From Tubiluchus corallicola (Eukaryota > Animalia > Priapulida), in NCBI GenBank assembly GCA_030141605.1, contig JAQGDQ010000002.1, forward strand, positions 1,302,001 to 1,366,000: DNA of 64,000 nt, written 5' to 3'. The position numbers were made by a program, and so were the translations under genes. Below the pieces are notes generated by a model. The model made no database searches and was not told the origin of the DNA. It saw only the letters and a program-made list of their open reading frames with translations. Below, in pieces: positions 24,420 through 40,007 of the stretch (its first letter is position 1; every line of letters starts with the position of its first letter).

Positions 24420-27400
24420 ATGACAGTGTTTTTAATCCCAGCGCATTTTTGCTTGCCTTTTCTCCTTTTTCGCATAGGACAATGTAAGTCTTTTTTATTA
24501 TGTCAATTAAATACCCAGCATGAAACTCTTTCAATTTTTGCAGTAGTTTCACTTTTTTCTTCACTTGCATCAACTGGAATGTTTGGTGGTAAGTACACAG
24601 AGTACACAGTAATGTAGCTACAAAAAATTTCAATATAATTGTGTTGACAGTGTGTCGTGAAGAAATACGAATATATAATTGTAAGAATATAACTGAAACA
24701 CACTTCCAATTTTTAAAACTTTAAATAAATTCAATATTAATTTAACGTAGATATGGATTTACTTCCTCTGTAAATTTTCACAATCTCTGTGTTTAACATT
24801 TTCACAACACGTCAGAGAATTTTTCGAAAAAACAGCAAAATCAAGCTAAATGTGCAGCTTCGAAACATTGTACAGATTTTTGCTGACTGCATACATATGT
24901 ATTACCTAATAAGGATGGCAAAGCTGTTACAATGAACAGCCAGAAGAAGTGTGACCAATCTCGTTAGCGCATACGCGGTAATTTGTGTGGCGTGTTAAAC
25001 CTGGAATATTTTTACTAATATAAATAAAACTAATAATATAAAAATTGTATTTAGCTACTAAAAGCCAACACATTATTAAGGTGTAGTGAAAGAGTTTCGT
25101 GTGTGAAAGTAAAGAAATACAAAATTTCCATGTATGCTCAGATATATTTTTTATAAAAAATTCCCAAAACAAGGCTTGTGGCCAAAAGACCTAAGTGGAT
25201 GACCCTATAAATGAGTAGTCCCACGTTTATTGAATATGAAATTGCCACAATGAAACACGTGGATTTAGTGGTTTGGCTAAGCATGGAAACAGCCTCAAAA
25301 CCACGCTTATTCCTTATTGGCAAAATTGCGGAGATCGACACTTGAAATAAAAGTTGAAAACTCGTGAAAAAAATTTTCTACATTCCACTTATTCTATAAG
25401 AGTAGCTTTTGTTGACCACACTGTTAGAAAAAAGCTAAAAACTTAGCAACCTTGAAAGCAATCTAGGCAACTTGTGCTTATAGTTGAACAGATTAAATTT
25501 TTGATTGAACAAACAACAAATGAAAAACAAAATTTATCAGCTCTGCAGGATTCATTTCAATTCTTTCTTACTACCAAACTTTACCAATAACTACTGTATA
25601 GTTTAAAACGAACGAAAATTCTATGCAATAGGTTTATAAGAGAATTATTTATGTCGCATAAAATTTGGGCCAAGAAATATTCATGTAAATAAATTTTCAC
25701 ACAATTTTTTACAAAAAAGTAAATGTGGAGAGACATTTGTAGTGTATAACATTGGAATTAGCAAACATTGTACAAAGACACCACAACTAGGTGAGTTGAG
25801 TGCTTTAGGAATGAGCTAAAAATCTTAAGGTGACTCTTGAATACTTGTTTGAGTACGAGCTCTCCAACATTTCTTTGGCGCTGATGCCAATAATCTGCTG
25901 GCAAACACTAACAAAGCTCAAAGGATGAGATTTAAAGGATGTCATTCCAGGATCGCTAATAGGTCTTCAAGCATGTAAGGAGAATGTAACTGTAAGGACA
26001 TCAGTGCAACATCAGTTTTCATAAATTGTATAGCATATGTCCAAAAAATGAAGAATATTTCAAGAAGTAGATTGAATACATTTGGTGATCTTCTTGCAGG
26101 CTTTTCTACATTTGTGTCTGTCGCATTTAGTGAAGAATACTCTGTTCTGTTCACGTTATGTCCGAAACGTATGATAGCTGATTCTATCCATTCAGAAGAA
26201 AGAACGCGACATGGAAACACTTCTGGTGCTTCAGAAGTTACTATGCATTTATGAAATCGAGTCATACCTCGAACCATCTATGTATAATGATTCCTCTAAT
26301 CCAAACCTAAAATAACACCTAAACCACGTTGTTTTAAGTCAATGGCTGTCTTCTATGTGTCAGGCACTCAAAAATAGCCAAAAACTAATACTGACTGGTA
26401 GTTTGCAAATTTAGGCTGCTGAAGGAATGCATATGAAATTCAAGATTTATTTTCAAATCAGGAGGCAGCAAATACTAGATTTTTCCTTTATATAAAAGGT
26501 TCAGAAAGTGACAATCAGAAAGATATTGAACAGAAAGCACAATTCCTATTTGGTCTTCGGACGCAGATGCAATGATACTTTGATTATTTCTTCAATCCAA
26601 AAACACAGTTCTAGTTTTACATATATAAGATCATTAAACAATTAAAGATAATTTGCTAAAGTTTGAGAGTTTGAGGAAGGGAAAAAGCCATTGGGCATGG
26701 ATGGAAATACTTTGGTCCACATTAATCACTCATTTTTGTAAAAATTTACAAAAGCATTGAAATCAAGTTTAAAAGAAAAAGAACTTAAATTGTTAGACAT
26801 TGTTGTTAGACTAACAATGTATGACAGCAAACTGTTCCACATATCTAAGCTGGATAAAGTTGAGGATAAAGTTGTGTTCAATTAAGCCGTAAGACGCATG
26901 CCACTATGCCTCTGCGACGCCAGAGAAGCTTTTTTCGGTGCTGTATACATTCTTACATAGTTGGGACGCACATATTTCTTTGACTAAAATTTTCGAAACG
27001 GACAAAACTAGTTCCACAGATCATTCATTGTGGGTACAGAATGATGAAAAACAAAGTTCCAATCTCTGTTATGCAAAAAAATTAGCAAAACTATCATAAT
27101 CAGCTTGTAACAAAATCAAAATGACAACCATTCTCACAAACTGCTATATCATTATTGTAGTCTGACGTAGAAAACAGCGACTTTACTTGAAGCTGCGCTG
27201 TGTTTAAATCAACTGTTGCAAAAACAAGGTCCAATACGTTGTTATTACTCATAGAACTTTGTAGAAACTGAGTTAACCCATTTCCAGGAATAGAATTAGC
27301 AAACTTTTCACACGTGACTGAGACAAGATAAAAAATTGGTTCGCCCAAAAAACTGGAAAATTAAAATCACAAAGCACAGTGGTAAGACAATGTAAAATCA

Positions 27401-29066
27401 ATAATGTTCAAAAGTTCAAATCATTCCTTAAAACTTATTTTTATAAAGAAGCATTTTTAATTAATTAGAAATTCAATATGGATTTATGGATTTAATTACG
27501 GTTGATTTTTACATACATGCATTACGATTTTAGTTTTATTTATAACAGCCTACTGTGTATGTACTATTTATGTGTTAATATTTTAAGTATGTAAAATGCA
27601 TTTGTCCATTTTTAATGTTAATGCATTTTAAATATTCAATAAATAAATAAATAATAATAATAATAACACAGAGAGCTTATAGGTTCACAGAATTTGTTAA
27701 TATATACAATGTCAACTTGTGGTGGATAATACCAGCAAACGAGGAGAGCACTGATTAAGTCAACAGCTACTACTTGTGTTTCATTGTTAGTAGACACACG
27801 TACACTTTTAATTGTTTTTCGCATTCGTAAACTCATGTAGCTTGTAAATGAACCGGCTAATAAACAAAACGCAGTTTAGCTGGGGTATGTGCCACTTGCA
27901 AAAACACTAACCACATCTTTCTAACAGGGGTGGTCAATAGAAATGAATTTTAAGGCTCATATAAAAAATTCACTATTGATATTGGGAAGAAAAAATCATG
28001 CGGTTCCACCAAAGATGCCTTTTCCATTTTTATTTAATGCAGATGCAGCAGTACTTAATTGCATTAACAAATACAGATGGTAACAAAACGTTCTTCCGAA
28101 TCTATTTATTTTGGCCTACTCATTTTTTGTTAATGAGATCAAACTGCTTGCATGCGTCTCTGTTCCAACTCACTTGTCTCAGCTGCAGAGAATTCGTGAA
28201 GAACATTTACTTTTTCTACTTGTAGATCACAAATTATTTATTCGGAATTTCTACGTCGTTACTACAACTTAAGGAGTTATGAGTGGTCTAGATGATATAT
28301 GAATTATTTCTTTCTATACCTAGAGTCCTTTCTACATATTGAAACTATTTCTGCAGTGTAGATTGTAGGGTCTTTTACAAGTTATACTTATGCATAGTAT
28401 GGAAGTCCACAATTAATATGGTCTTGCAGCCTTGCAAGCTTCCTTGCTATACTTGCAAGCAGTATAAAGCGCTTCGTATTATAACGGCACAACACGGTTT
28501 CTGAACGCCTAACCAAATGTGTATTTGTCAATCTCCAAGTAAAGAGAAAATCAAGCTTCTCGATTGTTTGTTTCAGCCACTCTTGTGACTTGTGATTTAC
28601 CTAACAACTTTATGGTCACATTTCCAGCACAAGGCATTACCGATTACATCAAATTTCAGACAATTACCGAGCCGCTCACGATGTTCACCATATGTGAGGT
28701 AAAATTTTTGTTATTTAATGGCTGCATACTGAGAATGGATATAGTTCTGATTGTTATTGTTTGTTAAATGATAATGCCTCTCTGCAAACGCAAGTTTGCA
28801 TCACTGAGTCAACAGTAACAAAAAATACCGTACGTGAATGCAGGTAAAAATGGCACAAGAAAAAATGGTGCAAACGGAAAAGTAGGAAAAAATGGCACAC
28901 TTAGTAAAAAATATGAATTTAGTTGCATTAAGTTAGTATTATATTAGAATCAGAAGCAAGCAAATTTTAATATTTATTCTTTATTGACGATTATTTTAAT
29001 AAAACAATGCACATGTAAAATATAACACTAAAAATTTAAAAGGTAGTAAATAGTAAAAGCCTCACG

Positions 29067-29098
<32 letters not shown>

Positions 29099-32000
29099 TG
29101 CGTGCCTGGTGTGTGTGTGGGGGGCTGTGTTGGGTGTGGGTGTGGGTGGGTGATTTTGTATGTGTGTGGACATTTTGCACTAAGAAAGTCTCTCACAGCT
29201 GATAAGAGGTGATGAAGCGATTCACCTTCATTGTTTTTAATTGAGCCTAATGTGGTCCGCTGAATTAACATTACTGTAGTCGCCATAGCAACGGGGTTAA
29301 AATCAAAAAATAAATGATAAAATGATTGCCGAATGTCCCTTTTGATTTATTTAAAAGTTTCCGGAGATTGGAGAAAAATTTGAAAGAGTAATTAGAAATC
29401 AAAAGAGTATGGTGACTTTTGAGATTATATATTTCTATATTATATTTACGTTCGAATAAATAAATTTTAGATGCAGAGATGATCACATTGCCTACTTACT
29501 GTAGTTCGATTACAAAAATGTGAACAACAGTAATTACTTTATGCAATCAGGTAAACAATGTAAAAAAACTGAATTACATGTGAATCTGTGATTGGGTCAA
29601 TCCTGAATAATTTCTAGTTCCATAGTTAACACTTAATAATAACTTTATGTAATGATATTAACAAATTATTATCATCATATTTATTTTTCTACTTTTACAG
29701 TGGGTAAAGATTGATTCGAATCCTACTCAAACGGTCCTGATATCGTATGCTGTGGAAGGAAGTACTAATGAAATAGTTCTGTGGTTGCATAGTCACAACC
29801 ATCTTCAAATTATAATGAAGAGCCTTTACAGTTACAGGTTTGTAAAACTTTGCCAAAAGTAAAGTGCTGTTTAGAGTCCGCTACTTTTTTTATTATTTCT
29901 CTGCGCTTTAATTGAAAAAAAAATGTACGAACCAAAGTCAGGAAATTCAAAACATTGAATTAAATAACATATAGCCCTACGTTACCTCGTCGCAATCGGT
30001 CATTTTTCTTTGTTGCCAAACTCCTCGTAGGGGTAAAGGCTTAGATGAGAATTTTTTCACAGTTCACAAACTGAGTAGGTGCGTGCATCATTTATAATAC
30101 ATGTAGAACAAGTTTGTACTGTACTACAATTTTTATCTAATTAATACTGCGTAAATATAATGTAAGTATTTCAGGTACGTGGTCTGGACTATACAAATCC
30201 CTGTCCAAGCTTTTCAAATAATGTACATGAGGTACCAGTGTACTCTGGTACTACTAATGTACTCTGAACAAAATCTGTCCACACCAAATATATAAGCCAG
30301 CTTTGATTCGTCATCTTCGCAACCACGGAAGGTTTCGGGTGCATACCTTGTACACGTTCTTTCGCGTCCATTCTGTCCAAAAAACTCTTCTCTTTTAGGA
30401 TCTTGCTATGCTTGTCTGTTGGATGTTCTATCTAAGAGCTAGCCGGCAGTTACTGCTAGCACTCTCCTTTTGCAAGCCGTATACCATTTTCAGTCTTGAA
30501 TCTATTCATACGCAAGCAATTATTTCATTGTTCAGATTCACTCACGTCGTCCAGCCTTCACACTGTAAAGACGCTTGAGTATCTTGTATGGTTGTGTTGA
30601 ACAGCATTTGTTAAAGTTACAGCTGCTTTCATCAGTTTTTCTTTTGATAGTCTGCTAAATTCTGCAGCAGTCATATACATGTATCTTTCAATACGGATCG
30701 ATTCATTATCATCACTATCAATGTTATCCTTATTTTCTTCTTAGCCGTAACAAAAGATCTCAGTATAACATGTATAACAATGAGCAGCTACTTCTAGGAA
30801 GTACAACACTATAAAATTATTATAGCCGTTGATATTTGATTATGACTTGCAATACAGTTTATTTTTTCTGTGCGAGCGCCTACTGAAGTCAAATTATATT
30901 ATTTTGAAGCGTACTAATATGCTAGAAGGTTAACATTGACTTATTGTTTGTCAACAGTAAGGAGTTAACCAATGAAGATGAAACTCATTTAAAAAATGGT
31001 AATTTTCATCACATTTGCGTAACATGGCAAGCGGGTGGACAGTTTGCCGAATACATTGATGGACTTTTGTTTGGTAAGTCTATGTATATGTTCGGTATGT
31101 ATTTATACATTGCTCTTTAAATTTTGTGTTTTTTCTCTCTGTTAACAGAGCTTTGAAATCTTGCATTCCAATATTCCAATAATGGCGTTTCACACCGAGA
31201 GTGTTCCATTGATCATGAGGGTAGATCGTCTTTACTTCGATAACTTTATTGGGGATGTTTTATTTAGTTATTAAACAGCTTTACGACGTGTTTCTTAATT
31301 CTGATACCGACAGCTGGTTTTGAACTTGATGATTCGTACTTTTAGTTAAACCCATTTAACCAATATGTACAATTATTACTTACATAAAAACAAATCATAT
31401 AGGTTTATCACAACTGGTGAAATTTTCACCTCATACAGAAAGTAGGAAATTTCTGAAGAATTCTTTAATTTATCAGAACGAGCAAACGGAGAACAGCATC
31501 CTTGGATACAAGTACAGTCCTTTTGCTAGCGTGAGCAGTTACTATTTTTTAATTTTTTAATTATAGGCCTATATTTTTGGTGATCAATCACTTCTTGTTT
31601 GCCTAACTGAATTTATAATTTTCATGTCAGGACATGGGAGATTACATGTCGATTATTGTTCCATGTCAAAAATAGAAAAAGCCAAAATGTTATTTAAAAA
31701 GTTCTTTCAACGAAATGTGAGAATGTGATAGAGATGTCCGGAAAAAAATTTGACACAGACAGCCATAGATCCACACAGTGTAAGGAATCCAGTAATTTAA
31801 AAAAAGTCTGCTCTAGAATCCGTATCTAGCATTAGAATAGTTTCCCCAGGAGCTCATGAACTCCAAGTCCAAGTGACAGGTTCAAGAGTTACTTTCAATA
31901 CTTAATCACACTTTCTGCCACTTTTTAGAAGCAGGTAACTTGCACACTTCTAATCAAGTCGTCACACCTGGTGGCTGTTTGTTGTTTGGGCAGGAGCAAG

Positions 32001-32308
32001 ACAGTCTGTGCGGAGGATTTTCTGCGACCCAAAGCTTTGTTGGAGCAGTCACAGATGTCGTAATGATCAACAGAGTCTTATCAGCATCTGAAATAGGTTT
32101 CTACGTCTTGTAATTTTTTTAATTGCATGTTTTCATACACACACACACACACACACGCACACGCACACGCACGCACGCACGCACGCACGCACCGCACACT
32201 AGGCTCTCATTGAAAACAATGAAGGAAAACAATGAAGGTGAATCGCTTCATCACCTCTTATCAGCTGTGAGAGACTTTCTTAGTGCAAAATGTCCCCACA
32301 CACGCACG

Positions 32309-32351
<43 letters not shown>

Positions 32352-35300
32352 TTAAATAATTATGTGCATACAGACGCCGAACACACCGGATTAATATATG
32401 TTAGATCACTAAGCCTACCCATATTTTTCACAGATTGCCCCAAACAAGGACAGTAGCCTCTCAAGGTAAGGACTACAGTTAAGAAGTTGAAGATATAATG
32501 CATGACCAGACAAACAGAATTTACATGTCTAATTTGCTAATGATAGAAGGTATCTTTTGATGTCTTCTTTGAACCGAGTGAGCTTTTGGTTTTCAGGTAA
32601 ACAATTTTTTGTAAGGAAAGAAATCCAAAGGAAGAACCGGATTTATAAGCAGGATTTTGATACAGGAATGTACAGAGAAAGATGTAATAACGTCAGCACT
32701 ATGAACAAACTTCATACTATGAGAAAGGAGAGGTCCCTCCTTGTTAATTTTTTCTTTTCCGGCTTTTTTGCTTAACCACTACAAACAGTTTTCCTCAATC
32801 TTCTCGAGTAGCCAGTTCTTCATTTCTTAGTCTCTTTCGCCATGTCTGGAACTCTGGAAAACTTATCTGCTTACAGACGTCACTAGTCCATTCATCTCTA
32901 AACTTATAAAAAAACAAAGAAGTAGCGCGCCGAAACACTAACCTAACGGCTAATCGACCAGTAGTCCAACGATGCCAAAGCCTATCGTAAGGGATTAACT
33001 TATTTAAGTGAACTCAGAAAAAAATGTACAAGAGTAATTGTTATAAACATAAAAACTTTCTAAAAAGCAATTTTTTGAGATCCATTTTACTTCGCAATGT
33101 TTAGGTATTACTAAACTATCAGAACAATATCAATAAAACAAAGATATTGCGGTTTCTTTGTCTCTAGTGGACCAAACGTATATATAATAACTGATTATTA
33201 AATATATTATTATATATTATATTCAGCAGGGAGTTACTAAGTTTGTAATCACAATATTGTGAAGTATACAATTTTAGATGAATGAATATTGAAAAGACAA
33301 CAGAATATACATCTGTTTACAAAGTAATCTTAAATAGATGATTCCTCAGATGAATAGACAGACGTAGTCTTGAAGATAACTTTCCCGCTAAAAATTGATT
33401 TTTTTCAGCTACCATGGCTAACACTTGCTACAACATTGAAGGTAATTTGATCAGTTGGAAAACATCAGAGATCACGACATTTGGTTCTGCAATTGTTGTT
33501 TCACCGAGCACTTGCACGTTAAATCCACCTATATGTCTCGATTCGACGTTAACATCCGAACAAGCACAGGTTCAAAACATTTATAAGCTATCAAATAAAT
33601 TCGCTTGAATGTAGAAAGTCTTGCAACAACAAAATTTTCATAGTTTTTATTGATATTAGGTTATGTATAGTGGATGTGATGGTCCAAGATCGTAATGTAG
33701 GGAATCACTAGCCTAACACATATTTGTTCAAATTGATAAAGCTAGGCTTATGACGAAGAGATAAACTTTTTCTTTGCCTTTTTAATCTAATTTAATGCTC
33801 TACTAAATCGCGTTTTGATTTTATAAATTACTATCCTTGTTAGTTAGGTCACTTGGGTGGGTACGCGAGTATTGTATCTTAGAGAAGAGAAATTCACGTT
33901 AAAATTAAAACCGCTGAAGCCAGACGTTCATGTGAGCAGTGTGACCTGGATTTTTTACCTGCCGATTTTAGGCTACACAGCAGTAGTGAGTGATTTCCCG
34001 TGTTAAACCGAGGTACGTCTACATTAAGTACCTTCCGTCTTGTATCCTCTCAGTTTGGTGTCAAGACATGTGATGTGGTCCCCGAGTTCTGGAACAAGTT
34101 TCACGGACCCGAGGAGGCGTTAGCAATCACAGGAAGACGTAACAGTATACCAGAAATCACTTTATTACTGTTGTAAACTGCTAATAACCATTTGGTGGGC
34201 TAACACGATAGTGATGGTAGAATGTAAAATGGCCAGATTCATTTGAGGGTGATGGTTATCTCCATCGCCGTATGGGGTTCCTGTTATCTTCATGTAGATG
34301 TTAAATGTTTACCATGTTGGGAACGTCAGTCAGGGTAGTCATGTCGTATTGCCAGTGAACATTCAGCAGAATCCAGGGAGATCTACCTCTTTCTGGGGAA
34401 GGGGTTTTCCTTTTTGTACATCAATGCTCACTGTTATTTTTTGATTATCTCAAATCTTATTAAATGTTTTGCTACATGTCATTAAATAGTATCCTACTTG
34501 CTTATTAACAGTCGGACAAAATGTCATTAAACAATTAAAAGAAAACAACCAACGTATTATTTAGGAAAATTATGAACAGAATATTCATTCTTGCCACAAA
34601 ATTAGCATAAATAATCAGCACACACCTTTCGGCACACGCTACGTTAAAAGGTGGTTTTCGGGTACGTGTAGCCCTTCTAACCCGAACCATCACAGTGAGA
34701 AATTTATTAGCTTTACCAATGAACCGTACACTGCTATCCAAAAAGCCTTCATCGGCGTCGTTATGGAACGAATAAATTTGCAAGGTCATTTTCTGTCAAG
34801 AAAAAATGTATTAAAATTACTATAATATTAGTTTTACCGATGCACGATCCTATACCTATAACTTAACTTCTTATGCTTCGCTCAAAGTATCATTTTCTCA
34901 AACATTTTAAACATTCCATTCTCAGTTTGGCTAAGAGTAACTTTAAATTGCATATCTAGGTTTGCCCAAATAATTATGAAGCAGCATATTATGAAGATGG
35001 ATTAATCAACTACTGCTACAAGTTCCACGGCAGACCGAAGAATCGTCTAGCTGCTCATCTGACTTGTTACTGGGAAGGTGCAACACTGGTTAACATCAAA
35101 GATGGAAAAGAATATGGCTTTCTATCTGATTTAATTGATGCTGATAATAATAATTTGTACGTTTGTAAGGCTAGATTTTACAATTGAATTTTATGAGTGA
35201 AAATCTTATGAAAAATTCATGTCTACCTTCATTTTACAATTTTCCTTTTTTGAGCCAGGAACACTCTAGGTAAGAACAGATTATCTGATTCCAAAAATCG

Positions 35301-38300
35301 CTACAAACGAAAACTAAGAGAAGTTCTCTATTTATGTTGAGAGTTATTTGGTCTCAAGTCTCAGACCCTGGTTGAAGCAAGGTCCTACACTATACTACAC
35401 TATACATTATATATTGTAATATCTCTGTGTGTGTGTCTGAATTAGGTCTAACTTCAAAAGTTCTAATATTTAACTCAATGTTAAATCGCAGCACGCATTT
35501 CAGTTTACTTTCAAGTGCCATATTCACATTTGCATTACATTTAGTCATTTGTCAGGCGAAGCAAATAAGATTTTCATTTGATTACAGAAATGTGCCAGAG
35601 TTCTGGATAGGACTTCTATATGACGATAAAGACTCTAGGTGGGAGTGGGAGGATAGTGCTGTGCTAGGTTTTAATAAATGGGAAGACGATATGCCAGATG
35701 GTAAAGTTAACATATAATATGTAAATTCTGTAACAAGTAGTTGATGTAAATGTGGTTTATGGTATTAAAATTTGAGAGTGCTGACACGTCACCATAATTC
35801 AGAAAAGTTATAGTCATTGAAGTGAAATTGGACTCAGTTGACTAACAAAACCTGTACACTACCAAGTCTAATTATTAACGATTTTCTGAACATTTTCCAC
35901 TTTTCACGTTATAATCGTTCATGTATTGTTAAATTTGATTAAAACTGGCATTGAAAATCATTAAAACTTTAATGAAAGCTTAAATTGACAGTAGTTCCAG
36001 CTCAGGCTATGTGAGTATTAATTAAAATTTGGTAGCTTTGGGCATTTTTGGCGCATGAACAGTTAGAATTATCTACACATTGAAACCGAAGCTGTTGAAT
36101 AGCTTTTAGAACTTTTCGTTTGATTACAATTGACGTCAAACAAAATGTCAATCATTCTCAGTCAAGCTCTGTTGACTGTCCAATCAGCGTGCATATTTTT
36201 CACACGCCCACAGAACCGGTTCATTACTACGTTTTTCGGGACAAGAGCTCTAACTATATATTGTCGGTATATGTTATATTCTTATGAAAAATGCTGAACT
36301 TTTCGTAAATTTGCTGGAGAGAAAATCAGCCTGATTTTAGATCTTGTTACAGGTTGTCGATTATCTGTATTGTCGATTAAAATTGCAGATGAATTAGTGG
36401 AGATACATAGTATAATTTCGTTTTTATAGGAAGAAATGCGCAGCGCTTGCCTCTATGGGTTACTGATTTTGCTATTAATAAAATTCGTAGTTTAGTTTTA
36501 TGTACGACCTTGCAAGCTAGATAAAGACAAGTATTAACTTTATAAAATACAAATTAACTTAACGAGGTTGATTAGGCCGATCATATGACGCTGCTGTAAT
36601 GATCGCAAATATAAAATAGCCTACTTGAACAGAGGTGACAATGAAATTTATAACTTTATATTGTAGCCCGAGTGGGCAGTTATAAATGATTCAAGGTTAA
36701 TCGCTTCTAAGTACGTTTGCGCAGATTGTAGGAATGGCCAGTTAGCAGTAGTTGAAGCTCAGCGGCAGAGTTGAACTCATCCACGGGAATACGTGACAAC
36801 TGTCAGGATTATGTAGTAAGCGAGCACACTCATAGGAATTCACATTCAGGCAAAATGTTTTCTTTTCTGGTCAGCTTTTACAAACCTCAATAAGATCTTC
36901 GCGGTCCAAATTCATTCAAATGTGGTCAAAATTTATGTTATATATCAACGTAAAATTTGTATCCTGAAATAGTCAATTTTATGCTATTTTCCTGGCTATA
37001 ATCATAATTAAAAGATGCCATAGGGACTTATGACTTACGTAATTTGGGCAAGATCGTTTATTCCATTTCTGTAGTCTAACAAACAGTTGAAAAAAGACAA
37101 AAGTGGATAAAAGCTTGCGAACGACCACATGATTAGTTAAAATTAGAAAAAATACGTCGCAGGTATGATGTGTTCGTATATGCCAAGGCAAAAGAGACTT
37201 TCGTAAATATATTTTGTTGCCCATTTGCTGTAAAGCAATGCTAACTGGCTTAGTTTCTTTATTATACTTATGAGTCAACATTTTGTAGTGCTTTGAAACT
37301 TCGTCTCTACATTCCGTTTAAATTGAAAAGTCATTTTTTGGCTACTGAAGTGTTAATTTCGTGTAAAAATAGCTGCTGCTGCTCTGCAAATTTATGTTTA
37401 TGAAAAAGTACAATCAGTTTATCTGCTGATTAGACATTAATTGTGACTGTCATGTTGTTTAGTTTAGTTTAGACAGTTGTTGTCCAGCGTGAGCTGTTGT
37501 CCCGAATGCCGCCGAGTGTGCTACGTTACAGCGGAGGCGGAGCGATAGACCAATACGTTTGACGTCCATTTTTTGTGTAGTTGGTGTATGTGATAACATA
37601 TGTACAGGCATATGTGAAAATCAGAAAGTTTGTGAACTTCCTTAGAGATATTTTATATATGTTCCAACTTTACTAAGCATTCGTACAAATGACAAAAATT
37701 GTATAAATTGCGTAAAGTGACTAACGCAAAATATATTTCTTGTTAAATATAATTTTCTGTGTGCAGGTATTCCAAAACATAACTAGAAACATGAAGTAAC
37801 TTAGGCAAAGTAAAACAAATCATCAGAAATTTGTTATGTGTGTACCAATTTACTACCAAACGATGTCTGACAATTCACATTTTGATACGCGAAACTGCAC
37901 GGGGGCTATGAACTTCCTTTTCTGCTGAACAGTCATATTTAACACGATTCCTGTAAGCCAATTAGAATTTTGACATTCGTCTTTAAGTTCTCGATTTCGA
38001 TATTTTTCCAGGTAACCATGACACAGATCACGATTGCATAGAATTAGTGAAAGAAAACAACTATTACTGGCGTAAAAAGCGATGCAATGAACAGACTAAT
38101 GTTGTGTGTGAACGTGATGTAGGACTCTACTCGACTAATCTAGGTTTGCACATTGAACTTTTAAAGAAAATTAATACTGTCACAATGTTCCAAAATGTGG
38201 GTATAAGCGACTTGCTGTTAAGTGTGGGCGTGTGAGTGCGTGCTTGTGTACATGTTCGCTTGAGTGAGTGAGTGCATGCGCGTATGTGTGAGAGAGTGAA

Positions 38301-39969
38301 TCTGGGTGCGCATGCGTGCTTGTGAATGAGTGTGAGTGAGTAAGTGTGTAAACGGCGGAGTGAATGAACGAGTATACGTAAACAAGCGCTATAACTGTAT
38401 TTTTTACAAACTGATGTAAACTAATCCAGCAAAATATTATTTTTGCGATCTTGAAAATTTTTGTTCTAATGCATACGATTTTTTTGCCCACAGTTAAGTT
38501 TACATCTGGGTTTTGATTACTGAAAATGCGGGTGGTTACTGAATTTAGAAAGGCCCAGTATCGTTCACAGAGTGTTTTAACTTTTAATATTGCACAATAA
38601 AACCGGCCGTGCCTTTTTGGATTTTGGATTTCATAACGTTGTGTTTATTGATTATTTATTTATGCCCCGACGTTTCACTTAACTGCAAAACTACGCAAGC
38701 TAGTTTCATAGTTTTGTTTACTGTTTAGACATGACGTGTCCAGGTGATTGGACTTCTGTTCCTGACAGCACGAACCCGACGTCGTGTATGAAGGTATTCG
38801 CGAGCGGCGATGATGGCTATACTTTTTACGAAGCTGAAAGAGCATGTTATGACAAACTAGGAGGACTAGCTCACTGTCACTTGGCAAAACTCGATTCACT
38901 GGAAAAATTAAATTTTATTAAAGAAGCAGTTGAGGCTAAATTTGATGTTAATGGAAACGAACAGTAAGTATAGATAGAAAAGTAACAAACAGGTAAATCA
39001 AAATTATAGGAGTTGTAAGACATTTTCATGCTAACTTTGAGAAACTGGCATTGCACTAGATGAAATATAGTTGTTATTTAAATAGGGCTTGGGTTGGAAT
39101 AATGAGACTTGATGCTTCTCAGCCTTATGAATATTTATCTTCTACGACTGATGCAGATACAACATTCATTGACATTTCCGATGATAAAGGTGTGTACGAC
39201 AAAACAAATTTTATATTATACATGATTTGTTAATTTTTTACAGAATGATAGTTTCCCAAACTTACCAAATAAACAAAAATAAATTTTAAGGCATACAAAA
39301 GAAAACAGAATTACTAGTGGCTATTGCTGCTTGATATTGAGCTATAGAGTATAGACGAAATGAAATTAGTTTCTTAATGATTTCAATATAAAAAATAAGA
39401 CGCTGCTGTTTTTTTTTTTTTTATTTTTCTTTTGCTTCTAACAAATTTAATACAAATTAAGAGCGTAACTTTATAAAGTTTGCTGACTTCTACAACTGGC
39501 TTTAAATACAGCTATAGAGTGGAAGCACTAACATGCTTAAATCGGGCAGGTCCCTATATTTAAATGAAGCGCGTTCGCAGAGCGGCATTTAAATCTGTGA
39601 GCGCGTCTTACTTGCTCATTTTTTGGAAAGTTAGTCGTTTCCATAAGTAAGTAAAATCAAATGAAGCGATTATTTACTGTTATCAAGATCCGTTTTTTTT
39701 CGTAAATGTTTATTATATGCATTGTTGGGGCAGATCCACTTATACACTAGAATGCAAGAATCCCAACGATGAAACAATGTATAGAGCAGGTCCATTCAAC
39801 AGGCGTGCCCATTTAACAGGCATATTTGAGAGGGCCGTATCGTGAAAGTGAAAATCGGGCTCCGTTACGGTCTACGCAAATGTTTGTACTCTGTAGTATC
39901 TTCAACAAAATTTCAGCCTCCTAAAATGAAAACTGTGACCAATGATAGCTTTCAACGATAAATGTGATT

Positions 39970-40007
<38 letters not shown>

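Noticed and set aside
30189-30790. Minus-strand coding-like stretch in a pentraxin intron
   Set aside because: Multiple stops and no recognisable motif; probably TE debris.
29062-32359. Shared peptide [24 protein letters not shown] in two ORFs
   Set aside because: Translation of the same 70-bp repeat with CA tails; not a gene.
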